Assembly (NCBI GenBank): GCA_963728205.1
Contig: CAVSIV010000002.1
Location: 576,001-640,000, forward strand
Direction of reading: 5' to 3'
DNA length: 64,000 bases
Source of the DNA: an uncultured Chloroflexia bacterium
GTDB lineage: Bacteria > Chloroflexota > Dehalococcoidia > UBA2979
Positions 40,454 through 49,547 of this stretch are shown piece after piece. The notes below the pieces were generated by a model that was not told the DNA's origin, made no database searches, and was given only the letters and a program-made list of their open reading frames with translations. A program made the position numbers and the translations under genes. Position 1 is the stretch's first letter. Every line of letters starts with the position of its first letter.

Positions 40454-40692
40454 GGACGAATCCTCCTCGATGCCGCGCCTCCGGCCCGGGCGGGCCTCCC
40501 GGGCCGCCGCGCCGGACGGCCCGGCGGGGCCGTGGTCGGGCTAGAGGCTAACCGCTCCGCGCGGGTGGCGCGACGCCGTGCGATGGGGCACACCACCGGG
40601 GGCCGCGGCCGGTTGCCGCGGCCCTCGGCGATCGCGGAGCATGCGTGCCGGGCGCGCGGCGTGCCGGGGCGCGCGGAGCGGAGACGGCTGCG

Positions 40693-41056
40693 ATGAGCGA
40701 CGAGACGCTGGAGCGCGTGCGCGCGATCTGCCTGGCGCTGCCGGAGGCGCACGAGCGCACCGAGCACCGCCCGGCCTTCGCGGTCCGCACGAAGAGCTTC
40801 GCCATGTACATGGACAACCACCACGAAGACGGCCGGCTCGCCGTCTGGTGCAAGGCGCCGCCCGACGCACAGCGCGAGCTGGTGGCCGCGGACCCGGCGC
40901 GCTACTTCGTCCCGCCGTACGTCGGGCCGAGCGGATGGGTGGGCGTGCGGCTCGACGTCGAACCGGTCGACTGGGACGGGCTCGCCGAGCCTGATCGAGG
41001 ACGGCTACCGGATGTCGGCCGGCAAGCGCCTGCTCGCGGCTCGACGCCGAGCGTGA
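40693..41056 (+). CDS. MmcQ/YjbR family DNA-binding protein, apparent frameshift near 40990
   Basis: LERVRAICLALPE, F..RTKSFA, RYFVPPYVGPSGWVGVRLD, DWDGLAE; removing one C gives LIEDGYRMSAGKRL, stop at 41056. Confidence 0.8.
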
Positions 41057-41729
41057 CGGTTGACCGGAGCGCGTGAGACCGGCCGTCCGGGTCACGCTCC
41101 GGCGGCGCTCCCGGCGCGTCGACGAAGCAGCTCGGCGGCGCGGCCGACCCTCCCGCGCGGCTCACACGCAGCTCCGGCGTCGGCCCCGCGAAGCCGAGCA
41201 GCACCAGCGAGCCGTCGACGTGCGGATCGCAGCCGCCGGCGGCGCGCGTAGCCTCCGCGAGCACCGCGAGGAGGCGCTCCGGGTCGTCGAGGTCGAGCGG
41301 CGCCGTCCACACGGTGCCGCCAAGCAGGACGCGGGCGCGCGCGACGGGCACGAGGTGCGCGTGCAGCTGTGCCACCTCCTGCCGGCCGCCCATGTTGATG
41401 CTGAGCAGGACGTCGTCACCGGCAAGCGGCGCCGCGAGGCGCGCCGCGGCGAGGAGGTCGCGGAAGACGTCGAGCCGCCGCGATGCGACGAGCGCGCACA
41501 GCGAGCGCACGTAGGCCTTCGGAACGACCACGAGGTGTCCGGGGAACTCGGGAAGCGGGTGACGGATCACCACGGCGCCGCCGGCGTCCATCACGCGCTC
41601 GGCCGGCAGCAGCGCCGGCGCGTGCGCACAGACGATCTGCGCCAGTCGGCCGCCCGGTCGCGAGCGCGCGACGAACATCGTCGCGACGCGCACCACGCGG
41701 CGTCCGCGTCGCGCCATGTTGCCCCGCAT
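40902..41729 (-). CDS. HIT-family-like protein (true 3' end uncertain)
   Basis: GGGAGG SD; HPLPEFPGHLVVVPK and NMGGRQEVAQLHAHLV. ORF tail overlaps the convergent MmcQ gene. Confidence 0.65.
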   Translation of the reverse strand: MRGNMARRGRRVVRVATMFVARSRPGGRLAQIVCAHAPALLPAERVMDAGGAVVIRHPLPEFPGHLVVVPKAYVRSLCALVASRRLDVFRDLLAAARLAAPLAGDDVLLSINMGGRQEVAQLHAHLVPVARARVLLGGTVWTAPLDLDDPERLLAVLAEATRAAGGCDPHVDGSLVLLGFAGPTPELRVSRAGGSAAPPSCFVDAPGAPPERDPDGRSHALRSTVTLGVEPRAGACRPTSGSRPRSGSASPSQSTGSTSSRTPTHPLGPTYGGTK

Positions 41730-41863
41730 CGCGTCCTCCCGTTCGCAGCGCAGGGTACGGGCGGCGCCCTGCGGGAGCGAACGTCACCGTGACGCGGCGC
41801 CGCTCGAAGCGCGGGCGGCGGGGCCGCTTCGCACTCACGCCGCGCCGCTGATACGATCAGCGC

Positions 41864-42130
41864 GGTCGTGCTAGGCGGGGAGCTAGCGGTGCCCTGTACC
41901 CGCAATCCGCTACAGCGGGGCTGAATCCCCGCTCGAGGGTCGGTACCCGAGGGGACTGCCTCCGTCGAGCGGCGTTGAGAGCCTGGTCCTGCGCGGCGAA
42001 GCGCTGTGAACCCCGTCAGGTCCGGAAGGAAGCAGCGGTAAGTCGGAATGCTCGGGTGCCGCAGGGTCGCCGGGCTTGAGTCGGACGGCGGCAGCAAGCT
42101 TTCGGTGCGATTCGACGGCGGGGCACGACC
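41864..42130 (+). ncRNA. ffs: Large bacterial SRP RNA (with Alu domain)
   Basis: GGTCGTGC/GCACGACC end pairing; Alu-like GGGGAGCTAGCGGTGCCCTGTACCCGCAATCCGCTA; conserved core GAACCCCGTCAGGTCCGGAAGGAAGCAGCGGTAAG; TACGAT 6 nt upstream. Confidence 0.95.
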
Positions 42131-42177
42131 ATTCCTCCTCCACCCACCGGGCCGACCAGCACGCCGCGATTGTCTTC

Positions 42178-43107
42178 ATGCGCAAACGTCGACCGCACAA
42201 GCCGTCTGGCCCGCGCCGCGGGCCCGCGTCGGTCGACGCCCCCCGCGACCTGCCGGAGTACCTGCGCCGCCTCGGCGTCGAGCCGCGGAAGGCGCTCGGC
42301 CAGCACTTCCTCGTCGACGAGTTCGTGCTCGGCGATATCGCCGACGCCTGTGCGTTCCGGCCCGGCGAGACCGCGCTCGAGATCGGTGCCGGGCCGGGCG
42401 GGCTGACGGAGGAGCTGGTCGCGCGCGCCGAGCGCGTCGTCGCGGTGGAGCTCGACGAGGAGCTCGCCGGGTTGACGCGGCGCCGGCTCGAGGCGCACGC
42501 GAACCTCACCGTGCTCGCCGCCGACATCCTCGACTTCGCGCCGATCGAGCTGCTGGAGGAGGCGGGCGCGGAGCCGCCGTATGTCGCGGTCGGCAACCTG
42601 CCGTACTACATCACGCAGCCGGTGGTCCGCCGCCTGCTCGAGTCCGACCCGGCGCCGGAGCGCATCATCGTGATGGTCCAGCGCGAGGTCGCGCGGCGCA
42701 TGGTGGGCGGCCCGGGGCACGAGTCGCTGCTCTCGATGGCGGTGAAGTTCTACGGCGAGCCGCGCGCGCTGTTCGACGTGCCGGCGGCGGCGTTCTGGCC
42801 TCAGCCGCGGGTGCAGTCGGCCGTGATCGCCATCGACCGGCGCCCGGCGCCGGCGATCGACCTCGACGACCACGAGCGCCGCGTCTTCTTCGAGCTGCTC
42901 CGCGCGGGGTACGTGAGTCCGCGAAAGCAGCTGCACAACTCGCTGCCCGGGGCGCTCGGGCTGTCGAACGCGCAGGTCACCGACGCGCTCGAGGCGGTGG
43001 GGCTCGACCCGGCGCTGCGCGCTCAGCACCTCGAGATGGGCGACTGGGAGCGGCTCTTCCGCGTGCTGCGCGAGCGCCACCCCGAGGCCGTCGATGTCCC
43101 GGCCTGA
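42178..43107 (+). CDS. rsmA: 16S rRNA m6,2A1518/1519 dimethyltransferase
   Basis: KALGQHFL, LEIGAGPG, VELD, GNLPYYIT, MVQREVA, FWPQPRVQSA, RKQLHN. Confidence 0.95.
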   Translation: MRKRRPHKPSGPRRGPASVDAPRDLPEYLRRLGVEPRKALGQHFLVDEFVLGDIADACAFRPGETALEIGAGPGGLTEELVARAERVVAVELDEELAGLTRRRLEAHANLTVLAADILDFAPIELLEEAGAEPPYVAVGNLPYYITQPVVRRLLESDPAPERIIVMVQREVARRMVGGPGHESLLSMAVKFYGEPRALFDVPAAAFWPQPRVQSAVIAIDRRPAPAIDLDDHERRVFFELLRAGYVSPRKQLHNSLPGALGLSNAQVTDALEAVGLDPALRAQHLEMGDWERLFRVLRERHPEAVDVPA

Positions 43108-44074
43108 CGGCGCCGCCGCCGGGACGCCCGCGGTGGGCGGCGTGCGCGTGATCGCGCCGGCGAAGATCAACCTCGCGCTCGAGGTCACGCGGCGGCGCGA
43201 CGACGGCTACCACGACATCGACACGGTGATGGCGACGATCGACCTTGCGGACCGCGTGACCCTGTTCGCGGCTCCGGCCGGCGCCGGCCTCGACGTGCGG
43301 CTGGCGGGCGAGTTCACGCGCGGCATCGACGCCGCGGACGACCTCGCCGGCCGCGCGGCGCGCGCGCTCGCCGCGGCCGCCGGCCGCGCGCCCGACGTGC
43401 GTGTCGCGCTCGAGAAGCGCGTGCCGCCCGCCGCCGGGCTCGGCGGCGGCTCGTCCGACGCCGCCGCCGTCCTGCGCGGGCTCGACGCGCTGTGGGGGCT
43501 CGGCTGGGGCGCGGCGCGTCTGACGCCCGTCGCGGAGTCGCTCGGCTCGGACGTCCCGTTCTTTCTCCACGGCGGTGTGGCGCACTGCACCGGGCGCGGC
43601 GAGCAGGTGGAGCCGCTGCCGGACCTGCGCCCGCTGCGCATGCTGATCCTCGTGCCGCCCGTGCCGCCACCGCCCGACAAGACCGCGCGCCGCTACCGCG
43701 CGCTGCACCCGCACGACCTCACGGACGGCTCGCGGGCGGAGCGCCTGGCGCGGCGCCTCGCGCGGCGCGCGCCGCCGCCGACGGGCGACCTCGTCAACAC
43801 GTTCGAGGCGGTGATCGAGCGCAGCGAGCCGGAGCTGGTCGCGCACTACGCGGGGTACGGCGCCGCGACCGCGCGCACGCCGCGCTTTCACCTCTGCGGC
43901 GCCGGGCCCGCGCTGTTCCTGCTGCTGCGCGAGGAGGCGATCATCTCCGAGCTGCGGCGAGACTTCGAGCGGGCCGGGGCGCGCGTCTTCGCGGTGCGCA
44001 CGCTCGGGCGCGCCGAGGCGCTGCGCGTGGAGCGCGTGCCGGCCGAGGAGGCCGCCGCGGAGACCGGGGCCTGA
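43094..44074 (+). CDS. ispE: 4-diphosphocytidyl-2-C-methyl-D-erythritol kinase
   Basis: APAKINLAL, RRDDGYH, KRVPPAAGLGGGSSDAA, LGSDVPFF, GRGE. Confidence 0.92.
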   Translation: MSRPDGAAAGTPAVGGVRVIAPAKINLALEVTRRRDDGYHDIDTVMATIDLADRVTLFAAPAGAGLDVRLAGEFTRGIDAADDLAGRAARALAAAAGRAPDVRVALEKRVPPAAGLGGGSSDAAAVLRGLDALWGLGWGAARLTPVAESLGSDVPFFLHGGVAHCTGRGEQVEPLPDLRPLRMLILVPPVPPPPDKTARRYRALHPHDLTDGSRAERLARRLARRAPPPTGDLVNTFEAVIERSEPELVAHYAGYGAATARTPRFHLCGAGPALFLLLREEAIISELRRDFERAGARVFAVRTLGRAEALRVERVPAEEAAAETGA

Positions 44075-44079
44075 TCGCG

Positions 44080-44502
44080 ATGCCATTCCCGCACGCCCCA
44101 CAGCTACTGGCCGGCCATCTCGACCCGGCGCGGGTGCTCCTCGCCGGCTTCATCGCCGGCGCCGCCGGCGGGCTGGCCAGCACCGCCATCGCGCTCTTCG
44201 CGCTGACCGGAAATGCCGCGGCGCGCGCGCACCTGCCGGCGCAGGTGCGCTTCGGCGCGATCGGCATCGTCGCCGCGAACGCGATGCTCTTCGGGTGGAC
44301 GCTCGTCGGCCTGGTGCTCGGCGCGGTCTACCTGCACGCCGCGCAGCCCGCGTTCTCGATCGGGATCGCGGCCGCCTGCGTCGTCGCGCTCGGCGGCGCT
44401 GCGTTCGTGCGGCGGCGCGTGACGTGGCCGATGTGGAGCGCCGCGCTCGTCGCGGCGATGACGTTCGCCGTGCTGCTGCCGCTGCTGGCCGGCCCGAGCT
44501 GA
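44080..44502 (+). CDS. Hypothetical membrane protein (about 4 TM)
   Basis: ATG 5 nt after ispE stop; four hydrophobic segments. Confidence 0.72.
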   Translation: MPFPHAPQLLAGHLDPARVLLAGFIAGAAGGLASTAIALFALTGNAAARAHLPAQVRFGAIGIVAANAMLFGWTLVGLVLGAVYLHAAQPAFSIGIAAACVVALGGAAFVRRRVTWPMWSAALVAAMTFAVLLPLLAGPS

Positions 44503-44570
44503 ACGCGCGGGGTGACGCAGCGCGGGAATGCCCCGTATGCTGCGCCACCGGATCTCGGGAGGGGGACCAC

Positions 44571-45314
44571 CTGGAACTCATCGACGGGCTGCAGGCCTCG
44601 GTCCTCGAGATGCACGTGCATACGCTCGCCGGGTCATCCGACAGCATGCTCGACCCGCACGAGCTCGTGGCGGTCGCGAGCCGCAACGGGCTGACCGGCG
44701 TGAACATCACCGAGCACGACAAGGTGCTCGAGCCGCACCAGCGGCGCGCCTTCCTGGACGAGCACCCCGACTTCTTCGTGAACTTCGGCATGGAGGTCTC
44801 GACGGACCTCGGCCACATGATCGCGGTCGGCCTCAACGCATACCTGCCGGGCATCCGCCGCGCGGCGAAGCTGCGCGAGGAGCTCGACAAGGTGGGTGGC
44901 TTCCTGATCGTGGCGCACCCGTTCCGGCGCCTCTTCGACCCGGTGACCGCGATGCGCACCGGCGTGAAGTTCGAGATGACGCCGGCGGAGGCCGCCGAGC
45001 AGCTCGAGGTGTTCAAGATCGTGCACGGCATCGAGATCGCGAACGGCGCGAACACGCCGCGCGAGAACGAGTTCGCGGCGGAGGTCGCGCAACTCGCGGG
45101 GCTGCGGGGCACGGGCGGCAGCGACGCGCACTCGACGCAGGGCATCGGCGTCTTCGCGACCGGGTTCGAGCGGCCGATCACGAGCCCCGAAGTGCTGCTC
45201 GAAGAGCTGCACGCTGGCCGCTTCGAGGCCGTGCACCGCACCAAGGGCGGCCGGATCGTGCGCTTCGAGACCGGCAGCACTGAGGCCGCGCTCGAGGACA
45301 CCGCCGGGGCCTGA
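44571..45314 (+). CDS. PHP-domain metallophosphoesterase, probable CTG start
   Basis: MHVHT, ITEHD, GMEVST..GH, AHPFR, GGSDAH; GGGAGGGGG SD 5 nt before CTG 44571; TATGCT at 44536. Confidence 0.85.
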   Translation: MELIDGLQASVLEMHVHTLAGSSDSMLDPHELVAVASRNGLTGVNITEHDKVLEPHQRRAFLDEHPDFFVNFGMEVSTDLGHMIAVGLNAYLPGIRRAAKLREELDKVGGFLIVAHPFRRLFDPVTAMRTGVKFEMTPAEAAEQLEVFKIVHGIEIANGANTPRENEFAAEVAQLAGLRGTGGSDAHSTQGIGVFATGFERPITSPEVLLEELHAGRFEAVHRTKGGRIVRFETGSTEAALEDTAGA

Positions 45315-45457
45315 TCGCCCGGCCCACCCCGCAAATCCCGATACGGGTGGCGCCTCGCGGCGCCGCGCGCTCACAATCGGCTGAACCGACCGCCCGCACC
45401 TGCCGCGGGCGCGCCCCTGGAAGGGAAGCCCGCGCGCATGCCGCGGGCCCGCGCGTC

Positions 45458-48295
45458 ATGCCGGACGAGTTCGTCGCCATCGACCTGGAGACCACCGGCC
45501 TCAGCCTCGAGGACGACCGCATCACCGAGGTCGGCGCCACGCGCTTCGACCGCGCCGGGCGCGTGGAGACCTTCCACTCGCTCGTGAATCCCGGCCGTCC
45601 GATCCCGCCCGAGATCCAGGAACTCACGTCGATCACCAACGCGGACGTCGCGAACGCGCCGCCGTTCTCCGCGATCGCGCCGGCGCTGACCGACTTCCTG
45701 GGCGATCGGCCGGTCGTCGGGCAGAACGTGCAGTTCGACATCGGCTTCCTCGTGGCGCACGGCGTGCCCGTGCGCGGGCGCGCGTACGACACCTGGGAGC
45801 TGTCGTCGGTGCTGCTGCCGACCGCGCAGCGGCTGAACCTCGAGACGCTCGCGGGGCTCGTCGGGGTGGACATGCCCGTCGCGCACCGCGCGCTGTCGGA
45901 CGCCGAGGCGACGCGCGACATCTTCCTCGCGCTGCTCGACCGGCTCGACGCGATGCCGCGGGCGCTGCTCCTCGAGCTGCGCGCGTTCGCCGCGCGCGCG
46001 GGCTGGAACGTGCGCGACCTGATCGAAGGCGCGCTGGCGGGCCGGCAGGCGGCCGGGGCGAACGGCGCGGCGGCGGAGCTCGCGCTCAGCGAGGAGGCGG
46101 CGGCCCAGCTGGTGGCCGCGCTGCCGCTGCCGGTCCGCGCGGCGCCGGCGCCGGCGCTGCACCCCGCGGAGTCGCCGCGGCCGGTGACGGCCGACGACCT
46201 CGAGGCGCTGTTCGCGGCGGCCGCCGCCGACGCCGAGCGCTTCCCGGGCTACGAGCCGCGGCGCGGCCAGCAGGCGATGGCCGACGCCGTGCGGCGCGCC
46301 GTCGCGCACGGCGGGCAGCTCGCGGTGGAGGCCGGCACGGGCACCGGCAAGTCGCTCGCGTACCTGCTGCCGACGCTGCTGCACGCGCTGCGCAACGACG
46401 ACCGCGTCGTCGTCTCGACGCACACGCTCAACCTCCAGGAGCAGCTCGCGACGCGCGAGATCCCGCTGGCCGCCGCGCTGGTCGAGGCGCGCGAGTCGCG
46501 CCCCGGCGCGCTGCGCGCGGCGCTGCTGAAGGGCCGCTCGAACTACCTCTGCCTCGAGCGCTGGGCGGCGGTGCGCGCCGACCCCCAGCCGCGCAGCGAG
46601 GCGGAGGCGCGGCTGTTCGGCCGCATCGCCACCTGGCTGCCCGGGACCGACACCGGCGACCTCGCCGAGCTCTACATGACGTCCGCGGAGTCGCCGGCGT
46701 GGGGGCAGGTGTCCGCGGAGGGCACCGACTGCCTCTCGCGCCGCTGCGCGTTCGTGCGCGACGGCAGCTGCTTCCTGCTGCGCGCGCGGCAGCGGGCGGC
46801 CGCCGCGCACGTCGTCGTCGTGAACCACGCGCTGCTGCTCGCGAACGCCGCCCGCGACGACCAGGTGCTGCCGCCGTTCCGCCACCTCGTGATCGACGAG
46901 GCGCACCGCCTCGAGGACGTGGCGACGCAGCACTACGGCGCGTCGCTCTCCCTGCGCGAGCTGCGGGAGCTGCTCGACGCGCTCGGCGGCGCCGACCGCC
47001 ACGGCCGGCCCGGGCTCGTGCAGCGCCTGCAGTCGGCGCCGCGCGACGGGCAGGCGCTGTCGCTGGCCGCCGGCCTGCAGCCGGTCGCGGACCGGTTGAG
47101 CGTGACCGCGCGCGCGGCGCGGGAGACGGTGCCGGACGTGGTCGAGGGCGCGCGGCGCTTCGCCCAGGAGTTCGCGGACGAGGCGGGCGCCCGCAGCGAG
47201 GTGTCGCTCACGGCCGCACGGCGCGCACAGCCGGCGTGGGAGGACGTCGAGGAGCGCGCGGTGCAGCTCGACCTCGCGCTGCAGGTCGCGCTCGAGCGGC
47301 TGGGGCCCGTGCGCGACGCGCTCGCCGCGATGCCGGCCGGCTCGCTCCCCGCGCTCGAGCAGCTGCGCACCGACGCCGCGCGCACGGCCGACGCGCTGGC
47401 ATCGGCGCGCGACACGCTGCGCCGCGTCGTGCTGCGCCCGGGTCGCGACGACATCATCTGGCTCTCGACCGCGAACGGGGACGTCCGCTTCAGCCTCGCC
47501 CCCCTCGATGTCGCCGACCACCTCGCGTCCGACCTCTATGGTGGCCGCGAGTCGGTGGTCGCGACGAGTGCGACGCTGACCGCCGGCGGCTCGTTCGACT
47601 TCAGCGTGCGCCGGCTCGGGCTGACCGAGCCCGAGACGCTCGAAGTGCCGTCGCCCTACGACTACCGCCGCGCCGTGCTCGTGCTGCTCGTGGACGATCT
47701 GCCGGACCCCGGCATGCCCGGCTACGAGAACGGGCTGCAGGAGGCGCTGCTCGACGCGACGCGCGGTGCCGGCGGACGCACGCTCGCGCTGTTCACCGCC
47801 CACGGCTCGCTGCGGCAGGCCGCGGCCGCGCTGCGCGAGCAGCTGGCCGAAGAGGACATCGTCGTGCTGGCGCAGGGCGCCGACGGATCGCCGAACCGGC
47901 TGCTGCGGCTGCTGACCACGCGGCCGCGCACGCTCCTGCTCGGAACCGCCGCGTTCTGGGAGGGCATCGACGTCCCGGGCGAGGCGCTGTCGCAGATCGT
48001 GATCGCGCGGCTGCCGTTCCCGGTGCCGACGGACCCGATCTACGCCGGGCGCGCCGAGCAGTTCGACGACCCCTTCGCGGAGTTCGCGGTGCCGCAGGCG
48101 GTGCTGCGCTTCCGCCAGGGCTTCGGCCGGCTGATCCGCGGGTCCACCGACCGCGGCGTGTTCGTCGTGCTCGACAGCCGCATCACGCGCCGCGCCTACG
48201 GCGAGACGTTCCTCGAGGGGCTGCCGGACTGCGAGGTGCGGCGCGTGCGCCAGAACCTGCTCGAGCAGACGGTCGCGGAGTGGCTCGACCGGTGA
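45458..48295 (+). CDS. dinG: DnaQ-like 3'-5' exonuclease fused to DinG-family helicase
   Basis: DLETTG, FDIGFL, HRALSDA (DEDDh); EAGTGTGKS, KGRSNYLC, Fe-S Cys cluster, DEAH, SATL, FWEGID, QGFGRLIR. Confidence 0.93.
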   Translation: MPDEFVAIDLETTGLSLEDDRITEVGATRFDRAGRVETFHSLVNPGRPIPPEIQELTSITNADVANAPPFSAIAPALTDFLGDRPVVGQNVQFDIGFLVAHGVPVRGRAYDTWELSSVLLPTAQRLNLETLAGLVGVDMPVAHRALSDAEATRDIFLALLDRLDAMPRALLLELRAFAARAGWNVRDLIEGALAGRQAAGANGAAAELALSEEAAAQLVAALPLPVRAAPAPALHPAESPRPVTADDLEALFAAAAADAERFPGYEPRRGQQAMADAVRRAVAHGGQLAVEAGTGTGKSLAYLLPTLLHALRNDDRVVVSTHTLNLQEQLATREIPLAAALVEARESRPGALRAALLKGRSNYLCLERWAAVRADPQPRSEAEARLFGRIATWLPGTDTGDLAELYMTSAESPAWGQVSAEGTDCLSRRCAFVRDGSCFLLRARQRAAAAHVVVVNHALLLANAARDDQVLPPFRHLVIDEAHRLEDVATQHYGASLSLRELRELLDALGGADRHGRPGLVQRLQSAPRDGQALSLAAGLQPVADRLSVTARAARETVPDVVEGARRFAQEFADEAGARSEVSLTAARRAQPAWEDVEERAVQLDLALQVALERLGPVRDALAAMPAGSLPALEQLRTDAARTADALASARDTLRRVVLRPGRDDIIWLSTANGDVRFSLAPLDVADHLASDLYGGRESVVATSATLTAGGSFDFSVRRLGLTEPETLEVPSPYDYRRAVLVLLVDDLPDPGMPGYENGLQEALLDATRGAGGRTLALFTAHGSLRQAAAALREQLAEEDIVVLAQGADGSPNRLLRLLTTRPRTLLLGTAAFWEGIDVPGEALSQIVIARLPFPVPTDPIYAGRAEQFDDPFAEFAVPQAVLRFRQGFGRLIRGSTDRGVFVVLDSRITRRAYGETFLEGLPDCEVRRVRQNLLEQTVAEWLDR

Positions 48296-48769
48296 GCGGC
48301 GGTTCGTGGGCGCGCGGCTTCGGCGTGACGCTCACGCGCGTCGGCGCGCTCGATCTCCGACTCCCACCCGGGTCTCGCACGCGCGCTGGCCGACGGCATC
48401 GAGCGACGCTACGAGGGCGCGGTCCCGGACTTCCCCGCGGCGAGCGAGCGGTACCTGGTGCGGGCCGAGGGCGCGGTCGTGGGCGCGCTCGTGCTGCAGC
48501 GCGACTGCCCGTCGCGCGGCGTGGCCGCGGTACTCGCGGTCGCGATCGATCCCGAGCGGCGCGGCTTCGCCTGCGGCACCAAGGCGCTGCTCCTCGCGGA
48601 ACGCCGGCTCGCGGCGGAGGGCATCGCGCGGGTGACGGCGCGGGTGCCGCGGACGAACGGTCGCGGTCTCTACTTCATGTTGCGTGCGGGTTACACGCCG
48701 GAAGCGCTCCGCGGCGAGCCGGCGCGGGACGACGGCGACGCGACCTGGTTCGCGCGCAGCGCGACATAA
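48292..48769 (+). CDS. GNAT-family acetyltransferase, apparent frameshift near 48330-48350
   Basis: GTGA overlap with dinG stop; downstream frame reads GLARALADGIERRY...AVAIDPERRGFACGTKAL...NGRGLYFMLRAGY. Confidence 0.7.
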
Positions 48770-48804
48770 GCACGCCGCCGGACGAGCAGCGAGCGGCCGC
48801 CGCG

Positions 48805-49137
48805 CTACCGGTCGCGTTCGAGCCGGCGCCTGGCCTCGATGAGCCCGCGCACCCAGCGGCGGTAGGCCATCGCGATGCCAAGGGCAAAGGCCGTCGCGAC
48901 CGCGATGAAGAACCAGCGCTGCAGGCCGCTGCCGGCGAGCGCCTTCTGCGCGAAGGCGCCGATGAGGATGCCGCCCAGCAGCGCCACGGCGAGCAGGAGG
49001 CGCGATGCGCGCGCCGGCGCGGGCGCGGCCCCCCGGCGCTCCGGCGCGGCCGGCGGCGCGGCGGGGAGGGGGCGCTGGCGAAAGCGCGCGCCGGCGCGGC
49101 GCCGGCGACGCCCGTCACCACTCGGCGCTCCGGCCAT
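48805..49137 (-). CDS. Small Arg-rich protein with two TM helices
   Basis: TGATG overlap with upstream gene; LLLAVALLGGILIGAFA and FFIAVATAFALGIAMAY. Confidence 0.7.
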   Translation of the reverse strand: MAGAPSGDGRRRRRAGARFRQRPLPAAPPAAPERRGAAPAPARASRLLLAVALLGGILIGAFAQKALAGSGLQRWFFIAVATAFALGIAMAYRRWVRGLIEARRRLERDR

Positions 49138-49547
49138 CAGCGATCGAGGTCGATGCGGCGGTAGCGCCGGCGCGCCCGCGCCGGCTTCGCCGGCGACCGA
49201 GCGGGGGGCTCCGCCGCCGGCGCGCGGACGGGGAAGCCGAGCGAGTCCCCGTGGATCGCGGCAATCATCGCCTCCGCGCGGGCAAGTGCGGGGTCCGTGC
49301 CGGCGGGCATCGCCGCGCGGTTCCGTTCGTCGAGGCAGAGGTTGCAGAAGAAGTAGAGCCCGAGGTTCTCGCCGAGGACCGCGTCACCGCAGTCCGTGCC
49401 CTCGCGATTCGAGTAGGGGTTGAGGTGAAACGGGCGGCCGCAATCGAGGCAGGTCGAGATCAGGCGAACGTCGGCCTCGACGACGTCGCAGATCGCGCAG
49501 CGCGCGCCGGGTGCGTCCTTCGAGTTCGGGTCCCGATCGCCGGTCAA
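49137..49547 (-). CDS. Cys-rich C4-H-C3 zinc-finger (PHD-like) protein
   Basis: TTGA overlap with upstream stop; CAIC-x12-CLDC-x4-H-x11-C-x14-CNLC. Confidence 0.75.
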   Translation of the reverse strand: MTGDRDPNSKDAPGARCAICDVVEADVRLISTCLDCGRPFHLNPYSNREGTDCGDAVLGENLGLYFFCNLCLDERNRAAMPAGTDPALARAEAMIAAIHGDSLGFPVRAPAAEPPARSPAKPARARRRYRRIDLDR

